The notes below the pieces were generated by a model. It was given only the letters and a program-made list of their open reading frames with translations, was not told where the DNA came from and ran no database searches. A DNA stretch of 62,444 bases, the filler included. It is 6 parts of 6 records of this genome, joined end to end, with 100 filler letters (N's around TTAATTAATTAA, not from the genome) between each part and the next. Parts side by side here need not be neighbours in the genome. Positions count along the whole stretch, not along the records: positions 35,859 to 41,666 come from SRR20825006_2925; positions 41,767 to 49,829 come from SRR20825006_2926; 4 more parts are not named here. One strand, given 5' to 3'. Both the position numbers and the translations under genes were made by a program. The stretch's first letter is position 1, and every line of letters begins with the position of its first letter. Below are positions 37,942-48,366 of this stretch, in pieces.

Positions 37942-39819
37942 TCAATTCCGGCAGGTATAGATTAGAGTTTCGGTATGACGGCCACGCAACTGGATTTGTC
38001 CGGCTTTTACCACCCGCTCGGGATCGGAAAGGAGATCGCGGGTGCTGTCTGATAGAAGGATGCGGGTTCCCAGTTCCTTGTTTTCCCGTTCAAGCCGCGA
38101 TGCTGTATTGACGGCATCGCCGTGCACGGTAAAGGACAGGCGGGCACTTGCACCGACATTCCCGGCGATCATGCGCCCGGTATTCACCCCGCAGCGGCAA
38201 TGAATGGAAAGTCCGTCAAACTGGCGGGTTTTGACGGCATGCTGAATGGCGATGGCCGAATCAAGGGCCGCATCGGCATGGTCATGCAATTCATCAAAGG
38301 CGTTAAATACCGCAAGAATTGCGTCACCCTGGAACTGGGTAATGATGCCACCATGTTCTTCGATAATGCCGGTCGCGCAATCAAAATAGGCATTGAGCAT
38401 CGAGATGATCTGTTGCGGTTCAAGTTCTTCACATAATGTCGTGAAGCCTTCGATATCGACAAACAGGACAGTTGCCTCGCACTGCTGCGGCGGAAGAACC
38501 CCGGAATCGGTTCCCGATGCCAGAAGTTTGCGGGCAATGGAGGCCGGCAGGAATTTGCCAAACAGGCTGCTGATCCGTTCGCGGTCATGGACGGCCTTGA
38601 TCATGTGATTGAATGATCGTGCGGCATCATCATATTCGCGAATACGGCTGCCTTTAAGGTCGGGGAAATCGTGGTTTTCGATGCCATCTTCCTCAAATGC
38701 CCGGGCGGCGGCGGCAAAACGGCGGATCGGTTTGGTAAAGTGACGGGCAATGATCACGGCAACGATGATCGATAGCAGCAAAACAGTCCCCCCCATCACC
38801 GATGCCAGAACCAGTCTGTTCCATTCGTCATCAAACAGTTCTTCTTCGAAATGGATCCCGATGATGATCGGCGAGAAGGGGGTATTCATCATCTGTTTGG
38901 TGACGATCATCGAATAGCGGCCATCAAGATCAAGGCCGGACAGGCGAAGGTTTTTGGCTTCGGGGCGTTTTTTGCTTTCATCGCCAATATCAATGGACTC
39001 GGACTTGCCGATATTGGCCAGAACCGGATCGCCGATATCATTGATCGTCGGAAGGGGAATAGGGCTGCGTGCTATATCCGCGCCATTTACCAGTGCCGAT
39101 GCAGCACTATCGCCCCATTCACGAAGACGTGGATGGGCCATGACACGGTTTCCGGCGATCAGGATAAACGGAACACCAGGCAAGTCCTCGCGCCCACGGA
39201 TAAGGCTGTTGGACAGGTTTGACAGTGACAGATACTGGATGAATGTTCCGACGTAGCGGCCGTCCGCAAACAATGGAATCCAATCAGCAATCACTGTCTG
39301 CTTGAAATAGGGGTCCCATCGTGGAAAACCGGTGTGATTAACCGTTGGTCCGCGCAAATGCGCCAGTTCTGAAAAAATAACATCATCGCTGGGCAATGTA
39401 CGGCGGATTTCGCTCATATTTTCGGGATTATAGCCGATAAACTGGCGGTCGCCGGTAATCAGACCATAGGCCATCACATCGATTTGCGACGCCGAAAGCG
39501 CGCGCATCGCATTGTTCCAGCCATACTGAAAGCTTGGATCCAGAGCGCCACTTGCCACCTGATCGGCGACCCAGACCGCACGTTTACCCACATTGTCCAT
39601 CCGTTCATGCATGGTTCGCTGGACCGATGTCAGGTCCAGATCGCTAAGCATGACCCAAAGGTTGCGGGTGTTTTGATAGGCGGCCCCAAGTCCGACATAA
39701 AGGGCAATACCGACACCAAGAATGCTGGTGACAGAAAACCCGGCAAGCAGAACAGTCAGGACGGAATATCTGCGTTTTTCAGCCAATTTTTTGAAAATTC
39801 CCGAACAGAGGCTCCCCAA
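37942..39819 (-). CDS. Class III nucleotidyl cyclase, paralog of the adjacent gene
   Basis: LFVDIEGFT, QFQGDA and TVHGDAVNTASRLE; same architecture. The start is uncertain. Confidence 0.9.
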   Translation of the reverse strand: MGSLCSGIFKKLAEKRRYSVLTVLLAGFSVTSILGVGIALYVGLGAAYQNTRNLWVMLSDLDLTSVQRTMHERMDNVGKRAVWVADQVASGALDPSFQYGWNNAMRALSASQIDVMAYGLITGDRQFIGYNPENMSEIRRTLPSDDVIFSELAHLRGPTVNHTGFPRWDPYFKQTVIADWIPLFADGRYVGTFIQYLSLSNLSNSLIRGREDLPGVPFILIAGNRVMAHPRLREWGDSAASALVNGADIARSPIPLPTINDIGDPVLANIGKSESIDIGDESKKRPEAKNLRLSGLDLDGRYSMIVTKQMMNTPFSPIIIGIHFEEELFDDEWNRLVLASVMGGTVLLLSIIVAVIIARHFTKPIRRFAAAARAFEEDGIENHDFPDLKGSRIREYDDAARSFNHMIKAVHDRERISSLFGKFLPASIARKLLASGTDSGVLPPQQCEATVLFVDIEGFTTLCEELEPQQIISMLNAYFDCATGIIEEHGGIITQFQGDAILAVFNAFDELHDHADAALDSAIAIQHAVKTRQFDGLSIHCRCGVNTGRMIAGNVGASARLSFTVHGDAVNTASRLERENKELGTRILLSDSTRDLLSDPERVVKAGQIQLRGRHTETLIYTCRN

Positions 39820-39831
39820 CCCGGGGGCAGT

Positions 39832-40269
39832 TTATCGTCTATCAAATTTCGTGGAAAGGATGATTGAGCTTGCCGTGCGTTTAATTCCGGGCAAGGCCCC
39901 GATTTGGTCAAGAACGGTATCAAGTTCTTCGGATGTGTCGGCGGCAATTTCGGCGATCAGGTCATATTCACCGGAAATCGCAAGGCACCGAATGCAGTGG
40001 GTTATTTTCTGAAGCGCGCCGACCACCCCGGCAGACTGTTTCTGTTCGACCTGTATCATGACTTCGGCAAGCAAAAGCGCACGTGCTTGTTCGCCAAGCT
40101 GTATTGTGTATCCGGTTATGACCTTTGCCTTTTCAAGGCGTTCAAGGCGTTCCTGAACAGCACTTCGTGACAGATCGACATCACGCGCAAGGGCCGCAAT
40201 CGGGGTGCGGGCGTTTTGTTGCAGCCGGGCGATCAGGCGGCGATCAATGTCGTCAATGTTGCGTTTCAT
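39832..40269 (-). CDS. Lrp/AsnC family regulator
   Basis: DDIDRRLI..LQ.NAR, SRSAVQERL and SGEYDL. Confidence 0.92.
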   Translation of the reverse strand: MKRNIDDIDRRLIARLQQNARTPIAALARDVDLSRSAVQERLERLEKAKVITGYTIQLGEQARALLLAEVMIQVEQKQSAGVVGALQKITHCIRCLAISGEYDLIAEIAADTSEELDTVLDQIGALPGIKRTASSIILSTKFDRR

Positions 40270-40446
40270 CGGTGTAGCCCGTGATTTTAACGGTTAAATC
40301 ATGAGAAATGACAGTATCGCCGGGTTGTAACCGGCAGTCCAGCGGAAGACCATCAAGACAGCATAACAATAACGTTATCAGGGCCGTAATCAGGCGGGGC
40401 CACGCATCATATGCGGTCAAAGGCGTCAAAATGGGAGTTTGCTGAA

Positions 40447-41529
40447 ATGAAAAAAGTTCTGATCCTTGGGGCAGGTAAAATCGGTCGTATTGCTGCTGTC
40501 ATGCTGCGTGAAAGTGGCGAATATGCGGTGACGCTGGCGGATTCCAACGGGCATATGCTTGAAATTTGTGCCAAGGATGATGCGGCAACGCTGGTCAAGG
40601 TTGATGTCACCGACGAGGCGGCATTGACGGAAGTGGCCAAAGGCCATGATGCAATCCTGTCAACCTGTCCGTTTTACCTTAATGTCGCGATTGCGCGTGT
40701 GGCGCGCAGTGTTGGGGCATCTTATTTTGATGTCACCGAAGATGTTGAAACCACCCGTGCCATTCGTAATATTGCCAAGGATGCCGATGGGGCGTTTGTG
40801 CCGCAATGTGGTTTGGCACCGGGCTTTATTTCGATTGCGGCACATGATCTGTTCAAGCGGTTTGATAGCGTTCAGAACCTGCGCCTGCGCGTCGGTGCCC
40901 TGCCGCAAAACCCGACCAACCGGTTGAAATACAACCTGACATGGTCGACGGATGGTCTGATCAACGAATATCTGAACCCGTGCGAAGCCATCCACAAGGG
41001 CAAGCGGATCGAGGTTCTGCCGCTTGAAGGATATGAGCGTTTCACCATCGATGGCACCGAATACGAGGCATTCAATACATCGGGCGGGGTCGGTGCGCTT
41101 TGTGACATGCTGGAAGGCAAGGTCGAAAACCTTGACTACAAGACCGTGCGTTACCCCGGGCATCAGGAAATCCTGAAAATCCTGATCGAAGACCTTGGGC
41201 TTGGCAAGCGCCCCGATCTGATGAAGGAGATCTTTGAAAAGTCGCTGCCGATCACAAGTCAGGACGTGATCGTGATTTTTGCCGATGCAATTGGTACCCG
41301 CGATGGCGAGCTTTGCGAGGAAAACTTTATCCGCAAGGTTCATGGCACGGCAATCGGTGGCAGGAACTGGTCGGCGATCCAGATCACGACGTCGGCCGGG
41401 CTTTGTGCGGTGATGGATATGGTCCTGACCGGCAAACTGGCGGGCAAGGGATATATCCGGCAGGAGCAGGTTTCGCTTGATGATTTCCTTGCCAACCGTT
41501 TCGGTCGCTACTTCAGCCTCGAGGACTGA
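40447..41529 (+). CDS. Saccharopine dehydrogenase-family oxidoreductase (lysine 6-dehydrogenase-like)
   Basis: GAGKIG, CGLAPG, VGALP, WSTDGLINEY and YKTVRYPGH; divergent from Lrp. Confidence 0.88.
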   Translation: MKKVLILGAGKIGRIAAVMLRESGEYAVTLADSNGHMLEICAKDDAATLVKVDVTDEAALTEVAKGHDAILSTCPFYLNVAIARVARSVGASYFDVTEDVETTRAIRNIAKDADGAFVPQCGLAPGFISIAAHDLFKRFDSVQNLRLRVGALPQNPTNRLKYNLTWSTDGLINEYLNPCEAIHKGKRIEVLPLEGYERFTIDGTEYEAFNTSGGVGALCDMLEGKVENLDYKTVRYPGHQEILKILIEDLGLGKRPDLMKEIFEKSLPITSQDVIVIFADAIGTRDGELCEENFIRKVHGTAIGGRNWSAIQITTSAGLCAVMDMVLTGKLAGKGYIRQEQVSLDDFLANRFGRYFSLED

Positions 41530-41574
41530 TGAATAACCCCCGCATCATGCTTTTTGGCATGATGACAAACTTTG

Positions 41575-41606
41575 CCATCCGGTCTTGTCAGGCCGGGTGG
41601 TTTTTT
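41575..41606 (+). terminator. Intrinsic terminator
   Basis: CCATCCGGTC...GGCCGGGTGG stem followed by T6. Confidence 0.7.
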
Positions 41607-41666
41607 GTGTGTGCTTGCCATAGTCAGAGCCCATATTTTGTGGCAAAGACGTGGTTTGTTAACGCT

Positions 41667-41766
41667 NNNNNNNNNNNNNNNNNNNNNNNNNNNNNNNNNN
41701 NNNNNNNNNNTTAATTAATTAANNNNNNNNNNNNNNNNNNNNNNNNNNNNNNNNNNNNNNNNNNNN
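41667..41766. other. Artificial contig spacer
   Basis: N44-TTAATTAATTAA-N44. Confidence 0.98.
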
Positions 41767-41797
41767 GGACGGGAGTTCGAATCTCCCCGACTCCACT
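41767..41797 (+). ncRNA. ssrA: tmRNA 3' end (partial)
   Basis: GGACGGGAGTTCGAATCTCCCCGACTCCAC has the GAC before the T-arm and the CTCCA acceptor strand typical of tmRNA. Confidence 0.75.
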
Positions 41798-41818
41798 TTT
41801 TGGACGACAATCCATATC

Positions 41819-41860
41819 AAAAACCCTGTAATCAGTTGATTTACAGGGTTTTTTATTTTT
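41819..41860 (+). terminator. Intrinsic terminator after tmRNA
   Basis: AAAAACCCTGTAA...TTACAGGGTTTTT stem with a T-tract. Confidence 0.75.
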
Positions 41861-42053
41861 TATCACTTTATATAATAGCAAATGATACGGCACTAAACGA
41901 TACCTATATGGATACCCCCTTAATTCTCCAAAAAAAAGGTCTCGCTTTAATTATAAAATATTAATTTTCAAATAATTACAAATGTTAAAGCGTTTTTAAT
42001 TTTTATGGCTTTTGAATAGTTTTAGTCAATAAACCAGATTAAAATTTTCAATT

Positions 42054-42136
42054 ATGAGAACGGATTACCATGTACATTTTTATATTAGAAAGACAAAAAT
42101 TAAAAAAATGGCGTAGTTCAAGTAGATTTTAAGTGA
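42054..42136 (+). pseudogene. Relic of a Bacteroidetes tyrosine-integrase N-terminus (arm-binding domain)
   Basis: MRTDYHVHFYIRKTKIKK, then NGVVQVDFK after a frameshift in an A7 run; about 260 bp downstream of tmRNA. Confidence 0.45.
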
Positions 42137-42392
42137 TCTAAAAAAGGAATGGCGCTACAAACTAAGTTTATAACGCCATTAAGAATCTTTTACAAAGATA
42201 TTTTTATTTGCTCCAAGTACTTTAATAGGTTTATACAAGTTAATCGGATGGAAGTAAATTGTACATAAAGAAATTGAGATTATTATCTATTAAATTTCCC
42301 TTCTGAAAACCCCATAAATACTATTAAACTTTCATTATTATCCCCTCCATGAAGAGAATCTTTATCATTGCAATTATAGAGACTCTCTTTTA

Positions 42393-44486
42393 TTAATTCA
42401 AAATAACTCCTATTTCTCCTATGGTAGTTTCTTTACTTTCTTCTGTTGTTTTATTGGCAATTAGTTTTATCCATTTTGCCTTGGCAGGAGCAAATACAAC
42501 TTCTTGCTTAATTCTATTATTAACAATATTTCCAAATTCTCCTTGAGAGGTTTTCTTCCAGTTTTTTCCATCTGTAGATACTAAAAAAGTATAGTTAGTA
42601 ATTAAACCATACGGAAACCTAGCCTGCATTGGCGTATATGTAAATCCTTTAATTATAAGTTCCTCTCCTAAATTTATTACCGTTTCTTGAGTCTTATTTA
42701 TATTTTTATCGGAGCTCCAAAATGTATTCGGATCATTATCTATTATTTTAGCCGCCGCTTTTTCCCCAGATGTTACTCTGTCTATTACCCACTTTTGCTT
42801 TGTATATTCTAACTGGATTTTCTTAACCTCCGTTTTTTCTCCCGTTTCTGTATTGACAGACACATACTGTAACACAGTAGGATTTTTAACCATAAAAGGA
42901 GCTGTATAATTAATGCCAGAAGTAGTTGGTTTGGAGCCATCCAATGTATAATACACTTCTATAGCACGATCTTGGATATGCATTGCAACCTCTCCCTGCT
43001 TATTGCGAGTAACTTTTGGTAATACCAACAAGTTTGGTGCTTTATACAATGCTACCTTGGACAACGTAATTGCTCCTTTTGCTTTTTTAATAGAAACTCT
43101 TACTTTGGATGCCTCTACAGCTTCAAATCTTAAAATTCTTTTATAACCAATGGTGGTCTCTTTAGCTACATTTTTCCATTTATTATTTACAAAAACAGCC
43201 ACTGTAAACTCTTGAATTCTTTGCCCTAAAGGAATATATTCTTGTAATAAAATTCTATTTACTGTAGTTGGTTTTTTAAATGTAAAAAGCAATTCGGCAC
43301 TAGTTACAGCATCATCTGTTGCCCAATAGGTTTCTGTATTTTGATCTATTACATTTGGCACATCAAAATTCTCACTCTCCCCCCTAACGTTAGATGCCTT
43401 TATCTTTGCATTTATTGCCAAATTTTCGGCAAAATCTTTATCTAACTGTGTACGAAGTAACATTAATTGCTGCTGATCTAATTGGTGTACCAATCCACGT
43501 TTATCTACTGGCAAGTTCAATAAAAGTGAGGCATTTCTACCAACAGATTTGTAATATATATCGATTAACTCTTCCAGTGTTTTAACTTGATGATCTTCTG
43601 AAGCATGGTAATACCAACCTGGTCTAATAGATACGTCTGCCTCTGCTGGCAACCAATGTGTTCCATCTTCATGTCCGCCTCTTAATTCTTTGTATCTAGG
43701 CCATCCTGGGTAAATTTCATCTCTCCGCATGATACTCCAATTAGTAGCATTTGCCTTTCCATTTTCATTCCCTACCCAACGGATATCTGGTCCGCCATCG
43801 CTAAATATAACCGCATTGGGTTGCAATTCTCTAACAATATTAACCGCTTTATCCCATTGGTAATACGTTTTATTATCAATTTTTCGTGTCTCATTTGTTC
43901 CTCCATAATATCCAGAACCTCCATTTGCTCCATCAAACCAAACCTCAAAAATAGGACCATAATTAGTTAATAATTCGCGAAGCTGCTCATGAAAAATAGA
44001 AACATATTTTGCATCTCCATAATGCTCATTATTTCTATCCCAAGGCGACAAATAAACGCCAAACTTTAATCCATACTCTTTACAAGCCTCAGAAAGTTCT
44101 TTAATAATATCTCCCTCTCCATTTTTATAAGGTGAATTTTTTATAGAGTGTTCGGTGGTTTTTGTTGGCCATAGGCAAAACCCGTCATGATGCTTTGCGG
44201 TAATTATAATAGCTTTCATTCCTGCTTCTTTTGCTACTCTTGCCCATTGCCTCGTATCTAAATTTGTTGGGTTGAATTGTTCAGGACGCTCGCCTCCTAA
44301 TCCCCATTCCATATCTGTAAACGTATTCATGTTAAAGTGAATAAAAGCGTAATACTCCAACTTTTGCCACTCTAATTGTCGAGCAGATGGTGTTGGTTCT
44401 ACGGGAACTGGAGCTACTACTTTAGGCTTACATGAAAGTATTGTTATTATTAAAAATAGTAATATGGTTGTATTGGCAGGTCTCAT
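42393..44486 (-). CDS. Alpha-L-fucosidase GH29 lipoprotein with F5/8 type C modules
   Basis: FIHFNMNTF, TAKHHDGF, YLSPWD, WFDGA and SVGRN; lipobox LSC. Confidence 0.92.
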   Translation of the reverse strand: MRPANTTILLFLIITILSCKPKVVAPVPVEPTPSARQLEWQKLEYYAFIHFNMNTFTDMEWGLGGERPEQFNPTNLDTRQWARVAKEAGMKAIIITAKHHDGFCLWPTKTTEHSIKNSPYKNGEGDIIKELSEACKEYGLKFGVYLSPWDRNNEHYGDAKYVSIFHEQLRELLTNYGPIFEVWFDGANGGSGYYGGTNETRKIDNKTYYQWDKAVNIVRELQPNAVIFSDGGPDIRWVGNENGKANATNWSIMRRDEIYPGWPRYKELRGGHEDGTHWLPAEADVSIRPGWYYHASEDHQVKTLEELIDIYYKSVGRNASLLLNLPVDKRGLVHQLDQQQLMLLRTQLDKDFAENLAINAKIKASNVRGESENFDVPNVIDQNTETYWATDDAVTSAELLFTFKKPTTVNRILLQEYIPLGQRIQEFTVAVFVNNKWKNVAKETTIGYKRILRFEAVEASKVRVSIKKAKGAITLSKVALYKAPNLLVLPKVTRNKQGEVAMHIQDRAIEVYYTLDGSKPTTSGINYTAPFMVKNPTVLQYVSVNTETGEKTEVKKIQLEYTKQKWVIDRVTSGEKAAAKIIDNDPNTFWSSDKNINKTQETVINLGEELIIKGFTYTPMQARFPYGLITNYTFLVSTDGKNWKKTSQGEFGNIVNNRIKQEVVFAPAKAKWIKLIANKTTEESKETTIGEIGVILN

Positions 44487-44498
44487 TAGTTTGTTTTT

Positions 44499-46019
44499 TT
44501 ATAACGTTTCGGCTGGGTATTTTACAGTCTTCTTTGTTTTTTTATCTATTGGTAATTGTGCTTTTACCTGTTTTAAATAATTAGTTAGCTCGCTTGCAAG
44601 CTCGCTAACTACTTTACGCTCCTTATGCGATAAATTGTTCTCTTCTCCAATATCATTAGGAATGTTATACAACTCAAAATGCTGGTCTTTATAAAAATAG
44701 ATAAGCTTCCAATCTCCTTTTCTTATCATGCTTGAGGTTCCTATTCCAGGGCCATTTCCTCCCCATCTATTTGGATAATGCCAAAACAGGGATCTATTAT
44801 TGGATGTTTTATTTTTCTTTATTAGCGGAACAAAACTTTTTCCATCAACTTGTTGTATCGTTTCTACTTTTTCTATTCCAGCCATTTCTAGTATTGTTGG
44901 AAAAAAATCTTCAATAATTAAATACTCATTTGTAACAGATTCAGGTTTTATCACTCTAGGCCATTTAACAAGCATTGGTTCTCTAATTCCTCCTTCATAC
45001 ATAGAACCTTTTCCGCTTGCTAAGGGTTTGTTGTGTGTATGCAACTCGCCTCCTCTTTTGTGTGCGCTTAATCCTCCGTTATCCGACATGAACAAAATAA
45101 TAGTGTTTTCAGCTAAATCATTTTCATCTAAATAATTCATAATATCCCCTAAGCTTTTATCCATTCCTTCTACCATTGATGCGTATTTTGCTTCCTCCTC
45201 ATCAAGTCCTTTATCTATATATTTCTGCAAATACCGATTATCTCCATATAATGGAATATGCACTGCATAGTGAGCCATGTATAAAAAGAAAGGTTTGCTT
45301 TTTACACTATCTAAAGCAATCAAGGCTTCCCGAGTTAGAGCCTCTGTTAAAAATATATCTTTGCCATAATATTTTTCAAGACCTGGCACATCATTTAGGT
45401 GTTTTTTGTCTCCATTATTCCCAAAATCTTCAGTACCTAAATAACTATGTGGAGAACCTGCTGCGTGCCCTGCTATATTAACAGTAAATCCAAGATTTAA
45501 AGGGTTTTCACCTGGAGTGTCTATTGCTCCAAAGTGTGCTTTCCCTACATGAATTGTTTGGTACCCGTTATCTTTTAAAATTTGAGGTAACGTAGTGGCT
45601 AGCACTGTTCTTCCCACTCCTTCTTCAGGAGAAATTCCGTTAACGTTCCAAGCGGGAAAACTCAAGTCTTCATCTTCATAATCGGTTGCTTTATTTTTTT
45701 CTAATGTCCAATTTGTCACGCGGTGTCTAGCGGCATTCATCCCTGTCATAAAACTTACTCTTGTTGGCGAGCAAACAGGTGTTGCGTAAGCCTGTGTAAA
45801 CTTCATGCCCTCTTTTGCTAATCGTTCCATATTTGGCGTTTTATAGAGTTGATTAAAAGGTGTTTTCTTGTTCCAGAACGGGACAGATGTATCTTGCCAA
45901 CCTAAATCATCTACCATAAAAACAACGATATTTGGTGGGTTTTCTTCTGATGAGTATTTTTCTACCTCTTGAGCATTCAGTTTAAAAAAGGTAATACTCA
46001 GTAAAACTAATAGCAACAT
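44499..46019 (-). CDS. Formylglycine-dependent sulfatase (S1)
   Basis: VDDLGW, CSPTRVSFMTG, GKAH, SDNGG and GKGSMYEGGIR. The start may be 46037. Confidence 0.93.
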   Translation of the reverse strand: MLLLVLLSITFFKLNAQEVEKYSSEENPPNIVVFMVDDLGWQDTSVPFWNKKTPFNQLYKTPNMERLAKEGMKFTQAYATPVCSPTRVSFMTGMNAARHRVTNWTLEKNKATDYEDEDLSFPAWNVNGISPEEGVGRTVLATTLPQILKDNGYQTIHVGKAHFGAIDTPGENPLNLGFTVNIAGHAAGSPHSYLGTEDFGNNGDKKHLNDVPGLEKYYGKDIFLTEALTREALIALDSVKSKPFFLYMAHYAVHIPLYGDNRYLQKYIDKGLDEEEAKYASMVEGMDKSLGDIMNYLDENDLAENTIILFMSDNGGLSAHKRGGELHTHNKPLASGKGSMYEGGIREPMLVKWPRVIKPESVTNEYLIIEDFFPTILEMAGIEKVETIQQVDGKSFVPLIKKNKTSNNRSLFWHYPNRWGGNGPGIGTSSMIRKGDWKLIYFYKDQHFELYNIPNDIGEENNLSHKERKVVSELASELTNYLKQVKAQLPIDKKTKKTVKYPAETL

Positions 46020-46020
46020 T

Positions 46021-48366
46021 CTATTCCAAATTCCCATTGAGTTCTGTTTTCTGATTAGCAACTAAAGTAACTAATTGTTTTTTATTGTTGTATACTACTT
46101 CTACGTCTTTATTTTTTGCTGAAAGTAAATGTAAAGAAACTAATTTTCCGTTATTCCAAGTAATATCAACCTCTATATTTCCTCTTGCTTTAAGCCCAGA
46201 AATAGTTCCCGATTTCCATTGCTTTGGGAGGGTTGGTAATATTCTAATAAATCCTTCGTGCGATTGCAATAAAAGCTCTGCTATTCCAGCTGTATAACCA
46301 AAATTACCATCTATTTGAAAGGGCGGATGCTCATCAAATAAGTTTGGTGCAATTGATTTTTCAAAAAATTTATTGATATTTTCTTCAGCGGACACAGCAT
46401 CCAATAAACGCGCATTGAAATTAATCATCCATACCCTACTCCAACCAGTTCCTGCTCCTCCATGCTCCAATCTGTATTCTATAGATTTTTGTGCTGCTTT
46501 AAAAGCATCTGGAGTTTCTGGTGTAATTTTATTTCCAGGATATAATGCGTACATATGAGAAATATGCCTGTGCCCTTTTTCTGCTTCTTCATAATTTTTA
46601 TCCCACTCTAACACCCTTCCATCTGCTCCAATTTGAACCCCTGGACGTAGGTTTTCGGCTTTCTTTTTCACTTCTTTAATCAACTCATCATCTATAGCTA
46701 ATATTTCTGAAGCACTTATTATGTTTCTAAAAACCTCCCCTATAATTTGTTGCCCCATAGCAGTCCCTCTTGAAACAGCAGCTGGTTTTCCATCGTTGGC
46801 TATATATGAATTTTCTGGAGAAGTCTCTGGATACGAAAACCATTCTTTTGTGCTTTCATCATATTGAAGCCAATCGAGATAAAAAGTAGCCACCTCTTTT
46901 AAAAAAGGATACCCCTGCTCTTTTAAAAACACTTCATCTTCTGTAAACAAATAATATTCCCAATAATGCTGAGCTAACCAACCAGCACCATGAATCCAAG
47001 CTCCCCAATATGGTGTTCTTGCTCTCATAAAAGTTGGCCCCCATAAATCGGTTGCATGATGCGACATAGACCCTCTATTAATTCCGTACTGTTTAGCAGT
47101 TTCTTTACCACGTATAATTAAACGATTTCCAAAATCAAAAAGAGGAAGCTCACATTCAGCTAAATTAGTTATAGGAGCCAACCAATAATTCATTTGCAAA
47201 TTAATATTTAAATGATAATCGGCATTCCAAGGTGCTGTAATATGATTATTCCATATGCCTTGTAAATTTGCTGGATTTGTACCCTTTCTTGAAGAAGAAA
47301 TTAATAAATATCTTCCATAATTGAATAAAGTTTCTTGTAAACCAACATCAACCACACCAGCTTTATAACGCTCTATACGCTTATCTGTAGGGAACTCCTT
47401 ATTAGAATTGTCTGTTTCAATATGCAGAGAAACTCTATTATATAAATTTTTAAAATCTTGAATATGATTATTCACTAAAGCTTTATAACCTTTAGATTCG
47501 GCATTTTCAATAACAAGCTCAGCTTTCTCTATATAATCGGGATGATAATAGGATGTCTCGGTAGCAATAAGCAACAACACTTCTTTGGCATTTCTAACAG
47601 TTAACCTGTTTCCATTAGAAGTGATTATCCCAGATTTACTTTTAACCTTTAAGCGAGTTTGAAATTTAACTCCATTTTTAATAGGTATTGGAACACTCTC
47701 TACAACTCCTCCCATTTGTGTAACTTCTCCATTCATCAACATTAATTGCTTTTCTGGAAAAGTAGCAACCTTTACTGTTTCAACCCCTTCATCTTTTGGT
47801 CTTGACATTTCAATATCGAAATCCATCCCTTTTTGATTAGAAGTTTCTAATTTAATGACCAATACATTATCTGGTTGCGATGAAAAAGCTGTTTCTTTAA
47901 AAGTATTTCCATCCACACTATAAGAAACATAACTAGTTGCTTTCTCAAAATCCAAGCTTCGTTTATAATTAGTTACTTCCCCTCTGTTTTTAAAATGCAA
48001 AAATAAATCGCCTGCCGTTTGATGAGAACGAACTATATCTTGTCTTGAGAATTTATCTATAATTAGCGAATCTGCTTCATGTACTTTTCCTTCATCAATT
48101 AATTTCCTTATCAGAGCTAAATCTTCTGCTGTTCCTTTCGCATTAGATAAGTTAGGGCTTCCCGGCCACATAGAATCTTCATTTAATTGAAAATGTTCTG
48201 TTTCAATACCCCCATAAATCATCGCTCCCATTCTCCCATTTCCAACTGGCAAAGCTTCCATCCAAGTATCAGCAGGCTGAGAATACCATACCCCTGAATT
48301 GCTTTGACCTACAGCATTTAACGACATAATCATTATTGAAGTAATAAAAAGTATTCGTAACATCAT
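46021..48366 (-). CDS. Glycoside hydrolase family 95 (alpha-1,2-L-fucosidase-like)
   Basis: ALPVGNGRMGAM, YGRYLLISSSR, NINLQMNYW, HRHISH and FQIDGNFG. Confidence 0.93.
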   Translation of the reverse strand: MMLRILFITSIMIMSLNAVGQSNSGVWYSQPADTWMEALPVGNGRMGAMIYGGIETEHFQLNEDSMWPGSPNLSNAKGTAEDLALIRKLIDEGKVHEADSLIIDKFSRQDIVRSHQTAGDLFLHFKNRGEVTNYKRSLDFEKATSYVSYSVDGNTFKETAFSSQPDNVLVIKLETSNQKGMDFDIEMSRPKDEGVETVKVATFPEKQLMLMNGEVTQMGGVVESVPIPIKNGVKFQTRLKVKSKSGIITSNGNRLTVRNAKEVLLLIATETSYYHPDYIEKAELVIENAESKGYKALVNNHIQDFKNLYNRVSLHIETDNSNKEFPTDKRIERYKAGVVDVGLQETLFNYGRYLLISSSRKGTNPANLQGIWNNHITAPWNADYHLNINLQMNYWLAPITNLAECELPLFDFGNRLIIRGKETAKQYGINRGSMSHHATDLWGPTFMRARTPYWGAWIHGAGWLAQHYWEYYLFTEDEVFLKEQGYPFLKEVATFYLDWLQYDESTKEWFSYPETSPENSYIANDGKPAAVSRGTAMGQQIIGEVFRNIISASEILAIDDELIKEVKKKAENLRPGVQIGADGRVLEWDKNYEEAEKGHRHISHMYALYPGNKITPETPDAFKAAQKSIEYRLEHGGAGTGWSRVWMINFNARLLDAVSAEENINKFFEKSIAPNLFDEHPPFQIDGNFGYTAGIAELLLQSHEGFIRILPTLPKQWKSGTISGLKARGNIEVDITWNNGKLVSLHLLSAKNKDVEVVYNNKKQLVTLVANQKTELNGNLE

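Noticed and set aside
36006-39819. Pycsar/CBASS-type antiphage cyclase system
   Set aside because: The proteins have receptor TM-HAMP architecture and there is no adjacent TIR or TM effector gene.
27103-41343. Numerous overlapping or antisense ORFs in the GC-rich contigs (e.g. 28356-29081, 30409-31512, 34645-35271, 40660-41343)
   Set aside because: They are shadow frames of well-supported genes, lack motifs, and are expected at high GC.
20774-46019. Functional link between the two sulfatases, or between Moco and arsenic genes and other contigs
   Set aside because: They lie on different contigs from apparently different taxa, separated by artificial spacers.
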